A stretch of DNA of 63,897 nt from an uncultured Erysipelotrichaceae bacterium (GTDB lineage: Bacteria > Bacillota_I > Bacilli_A > RFN20 > CAG-826), in the NCBI GenBank assembly GCA_902800355.1, contig CADCEE010000009.1, forward strand, positions 1-63,897, written 5' to 3'. This document shows, piece by piece, positions 61,384 through 63,897 of this stretch. A model generated the notes under the pieces. The model was given only the letters and a program-made list of their open reading frames with translations, made no database searches and was not told the origin of the DNA. A program made the translations under genes and the position numbers. How positions within the stretch are numbered: the stretch's first letter is position 1; each line of letters begins with the position of its first letter.

Positions 61384-62526
61384 TTAATTATGTCTTTTCT
61401 TCTTAAATACTAATAAGAGAGTAAATGCCAAAGCAGAAACTGCAGAAACGGAAATAACAACAATTAATATGCTAGAATTTCCAATCTCTCCGATACTATG
61501 GTTAATATAAATCGACGCTCTAGGTGTATCACTACTATTGACGATAAAGTGTGTTAAGCCTGGATGACTAAGAAGAGCTTGATCATATCTTGCTAATGCC
61601 CTACCTAAATTGTCACCTTCTTTATCAGCTTTTCCACCATAAACATAATCTTTTGCGTCGTTGCTTAATTTAGCATATTCGCTAGCGCATGAAGCCCAAC
61701 CAGTAGGTTCATTAACGCCGGTTGCATCACAACCAACGTTATTTAAGAAATATGATGCCCATCCATCTGCATCAACGATATCTTGTCTAGTAATCCATAA
61801 CTTTTTAGTTTCGGTATCGAAATAAAAATCGTATGTACCAGCAATTAAACATTTGATATTAGGGTTTTCAGGACTGACTTCCTCCATGCTTCCACCATCA
61901 ATTGCGCCGGCTAATGCTTCAGGTCTTCCATAGAATCCAGACCATACTCCATCACCAGCAAGAATTTTGAATTCTTCATCCTTTACCAAAGTAACAGATC
62001 CGGAAACCTCAGGGTTGCCTGCGACGTTTAAGCCAATATTAGATAGAGTTGCTTTTTTCTCAAAAGGTGGAACTTGATTGCTTCTAACTTCGGCTGAAAC
62101 AGTCCATTGTGAAGTGCCAGGATAATCCCATCCGTTTTCAATATATGTGGCTTCTTTAAATTCTAAATCACCAGTTTGATTCCATTTTTTTCCATCATCC
62201 CAACTACCTTGTGTTTCGCTTGGATTCATTCTAACCCAAATTAATTTAGTTGGAGTAAAACTCACATTGTAATCAAATTTGTAAAGTAATGTGGTGCTTG
62301 TTGTTGTTTGAAGAGATGTCCAATAGTCGTTTGTATCATCTGTCATGTACGCACAAATTTTCGCACCAGCCTCAAACCAATTATGGTTTTCTTGAAATTT
62401 AACTACTAAACTTCCTGATGTAGATTCCGCCTTAACTTCAGCAACTTTTCTTTGATGTGCACCAACGGCTACACCAACACCTAAAGCCATTGCTAAAGTT
62501 GTAGCAAAAATTAATCCTTTCTTCAT
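61384..62526 (-). CDS. Array protein D: Trp-rich surface protein with SusE/F-like module
   Basis: Signal peptide ending VKA; NWFEAGA...WVRMNP...WNQTGDL; EFKI...AGTYDFYF; Cys stalk with ARYD; TM + KKKRHN. Confidence 0.65.
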   Translation of the reverse strand: MKKGLIFATTLAMALGVGVAVGAHQRKVAEVKAESTSGSLVVKFQENHNWFEAGAKICAYMTDDTNDYWTSLQTTTSTTLLYKFDYNVSFTPTKLIWVRMNPSETQGSWDDGKKWNQTGDLEFKEATYIENGWDYPGTSQWTVSAEVRSNQVPPFEKKATLSNIGLNVAGNPEVSGSVTLVKDEEFKILAGDGVWSGFYGRPEALAGAIDGGSMEEVSPENPNIKCLIAGTYDFYFDTETKKLWITRQDIVDADGWASYFLNNVGCDATGVNEPTGWASCASEYAKLSNDAKDYVYGGKADKEGDNLGRALARYDQALLSHPGLTHFIVNSSDTPRASIYINHSIGEIGNSSILIVVISVSAVSALAFTLLLVFKKKRHN

Positions 62527-62680
62527 ATAAAAATCTCCTTTTTGTTTTTATAAATCAAAAACGACTTGTTAGATATATTTTACTACTTTATTTATAATGC
62601 ACAAACTATTTCTATCTATAGAAAAAAGGCCAGGAATAAATCCTAACCTTAGTTAATTGATTTTTAATTGATTAAATCAC

Positions 62681-63897
62681 TTATTTTTGTTTCTTCTTTT
62701 TGAAGATTAATAAGAGTGAGAACATCAATGCGGATGAAGCAGCAACTGCGATAATGATAATAGCAACACTACTATTGTTGACGATTGCTAAATCACCATA
62801 ATATAAGCTTGATCCATTAACTGCAATTTCAGCAATTTTACCAAGTTGTTCAACAACACTCTTATAGGACCAAAGAACATTTTCTGTTTTTGAAGTGTCT
62901 TTCCAAGTATAAACGGTTGTGCAGTCAATATATGTTTTTGCAACTTCGCTATCGAAACCGTTATAAATATTAACGATAACTTCTGCATCTATTTTAGAAA
63001 CATTACAGACAGACCAGTCTGCAGCTGCATTTCTTTTTGCTTCAGCAATTTTTAAGAATTCAATGGCGTCACCAGCTTCAACATTAGCAGGTCCCTCCCA
63101 CCAATAAGCGGCTTCAGAGACAAGTGCTCTTTCCTCAGATTTAACTTCACCACCATTGTTAAACATAAACATAGTGTCACCAGCTGGATAACCAATGGTC
63201 ACCGGAATTTCATAAATGAGTTTAGCGGTTTCTCCGCCTTGGAAATGGATGACACCATTGCCAGTTAATTCTTCAACATCTGTAACAGCAGTAATAGCGG
63301 TTCCTGGCCATGCACCAAATTGTTCACTTCCACCCCAAGAATAAATGTAATCAATGGTTGGTTCTGCGCTGTTTGATACATAGTAGATACAAGTCTCAGT
63401 AGATCCGTGTTTGAGAATGCTTACATGGCCATCATAAACAACAAAATCATATGTACCAGTCTCAGATAAACGTAACCATTGTCTACCACCGCCTGTGACA
63501 TATTTACTAGAATATTCATCTACCATGTCGTAGAATGCACCATCTAACTCAACAGAGCCATCAGAAATCCATTCCACCCAATGGTTGTATTCATATTCAA
63601 AATTTCTGACAGCAAAGACTCCATTTCCAGGTTCTTTAACAAAACTATATTGTTCTACTTCATCTTCTTCATGGATTTTAAAAGACTCACATGGATCACC
63701 CCAGATTTTATCGTCGCAGAATTTCCAGTGATCACCTTCCCAAGCATTACCAAATTGCCATTGAATAGCAACATAACCTGTGTCTTTATCAATCGAAGAA
63801 AATGAAGAATCGCCAAATTTAGTAATATCAACTGACCATTTGTCACCTTCATCTTTTTGATGAATAACCCAGTTTGCACCGGTAATAACTTGATCTT
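62681..63897 (-). CDS. Array protein E (5' end outside window): surface protein with CBM26-like module
   Basis: The frame of the 62681..63577 ORF stays open to the window edge (DQVITGANWVIH...). IYYV...YIYSWGG...AWPGT...FMFNNG; Cys stalk; TM + KKKKQK. Confidence 0.7.
   Translation of the reverse strand, partial: DQVITGANWVIHQKDEGDKWSVDITKFGDSSFSSIDKDTGYVAIQWQFGNAWEGDHWKFCDDKIWGDPCESFKIHEEDEVEQYSFVKEPGNGVFAVRNFEYEYNHWVEWISDGSVELDGAFYDMVDEYSSKYVTGGGRQWLRLSETGTYDFVVYDGHVSILKHGSTETCIYYVSNSAEPTIDYIYSWGGSEQFGAWPGTAITAVTDVEELTGNGVIHFQGGETAKLIYEIPVTIGYPAGDTMFMFNNGGEVKSEERALVSEAAYWWEGPANVEAGDAIEFLKIAEAKRNAAADWSVCNVSKIDAEVIVNIYNGFDSEVAKTYIDCTTVYTWKDTSKTENVLWSYKSVVEQLGKIAEIAVNGSSLYYGDLAIVNNSSVAIIIIAVAASSALMFSLLLIFKKKKQK

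Noticed and set aside
62681-63577. ORF-track start (GTG 63577) for array gene E
   Set aside because: The frame is open for 106 more codons to the window edge and lacks a signal peptide, so the true start is outside the window.
399-63879. Many short or antisense ORFs in the track (e.g. 399..761, 3758..4231, 23573..23959, 24521..25006, 35874..36275, 39163..39630, 41982..42371, 63581..63805, 63655..63879)
   Set aside because: Shadow frames of well-supported genes; no SD or recognisable motifs.
1-63897. Genetic code 4 (TGA=Trp), suggested by the Mollicutes-like features
   Set aside because: Long genes are open under code 11, Trp is TGG, and TGA ends genes at natural positions (rsmC 35202; ATGA overlaps at 17234 and 41613).

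Overview
Low-GC chromosomal window, almost entirely minus-strand and using genetic code 11, from a Mollicutes-related Bacilli bacterium (RFN20/RF39/Erysipelotrichales-like). That placement is inferred from the Mollicutes-type L11 deletion, RpoB H526N, a Mycoplasma-type nuclease/ABC operon, and lipobox or TM anchors instead of LPxTG. There are three zones. (1) 1-20.9 kb: a possible IS200 left end, then housekeeping genes, then a 17-kb cluster that looks dedicated to scavenging extracellular nucleic acids (endonuclease I, 5'-nucleotidase, two RDD proteins, a CUT1-type ABC importer, a split thermonuclease lipoprotein, and a large Ig/OB-fold lipoprotein). (2) 20.9-48.7 kb: the core rpmG-secE-nusG / rplKAJL-rsmC-rpoBC / rpsLG-fusA-tuf region, interrupted by three toxin-antitoxin modules and ktrAB, followed by folT-folC-smpB, a Wzy/O-antigen-ligase-like gene and carD. 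(3) 48.9-63.9 kb: glgP-glgB-malQ next to a tandem array of at least five mosaic, non-catalytic, starch-binding-type surface proteins that share a Cys-containing juxtamembrane stalk. One of them has a G10 tract forming the -35/-10 promoter spacer (candidate phase variation), and its 3'UTR is complementary to the next gene's ribosome-binding site. Four apparent deletion/duplication lesions may be assembly artefacts. No tRNA, rRNA or CRISPR array was seen. All family calls come from motif recognition by eye, not database searches.
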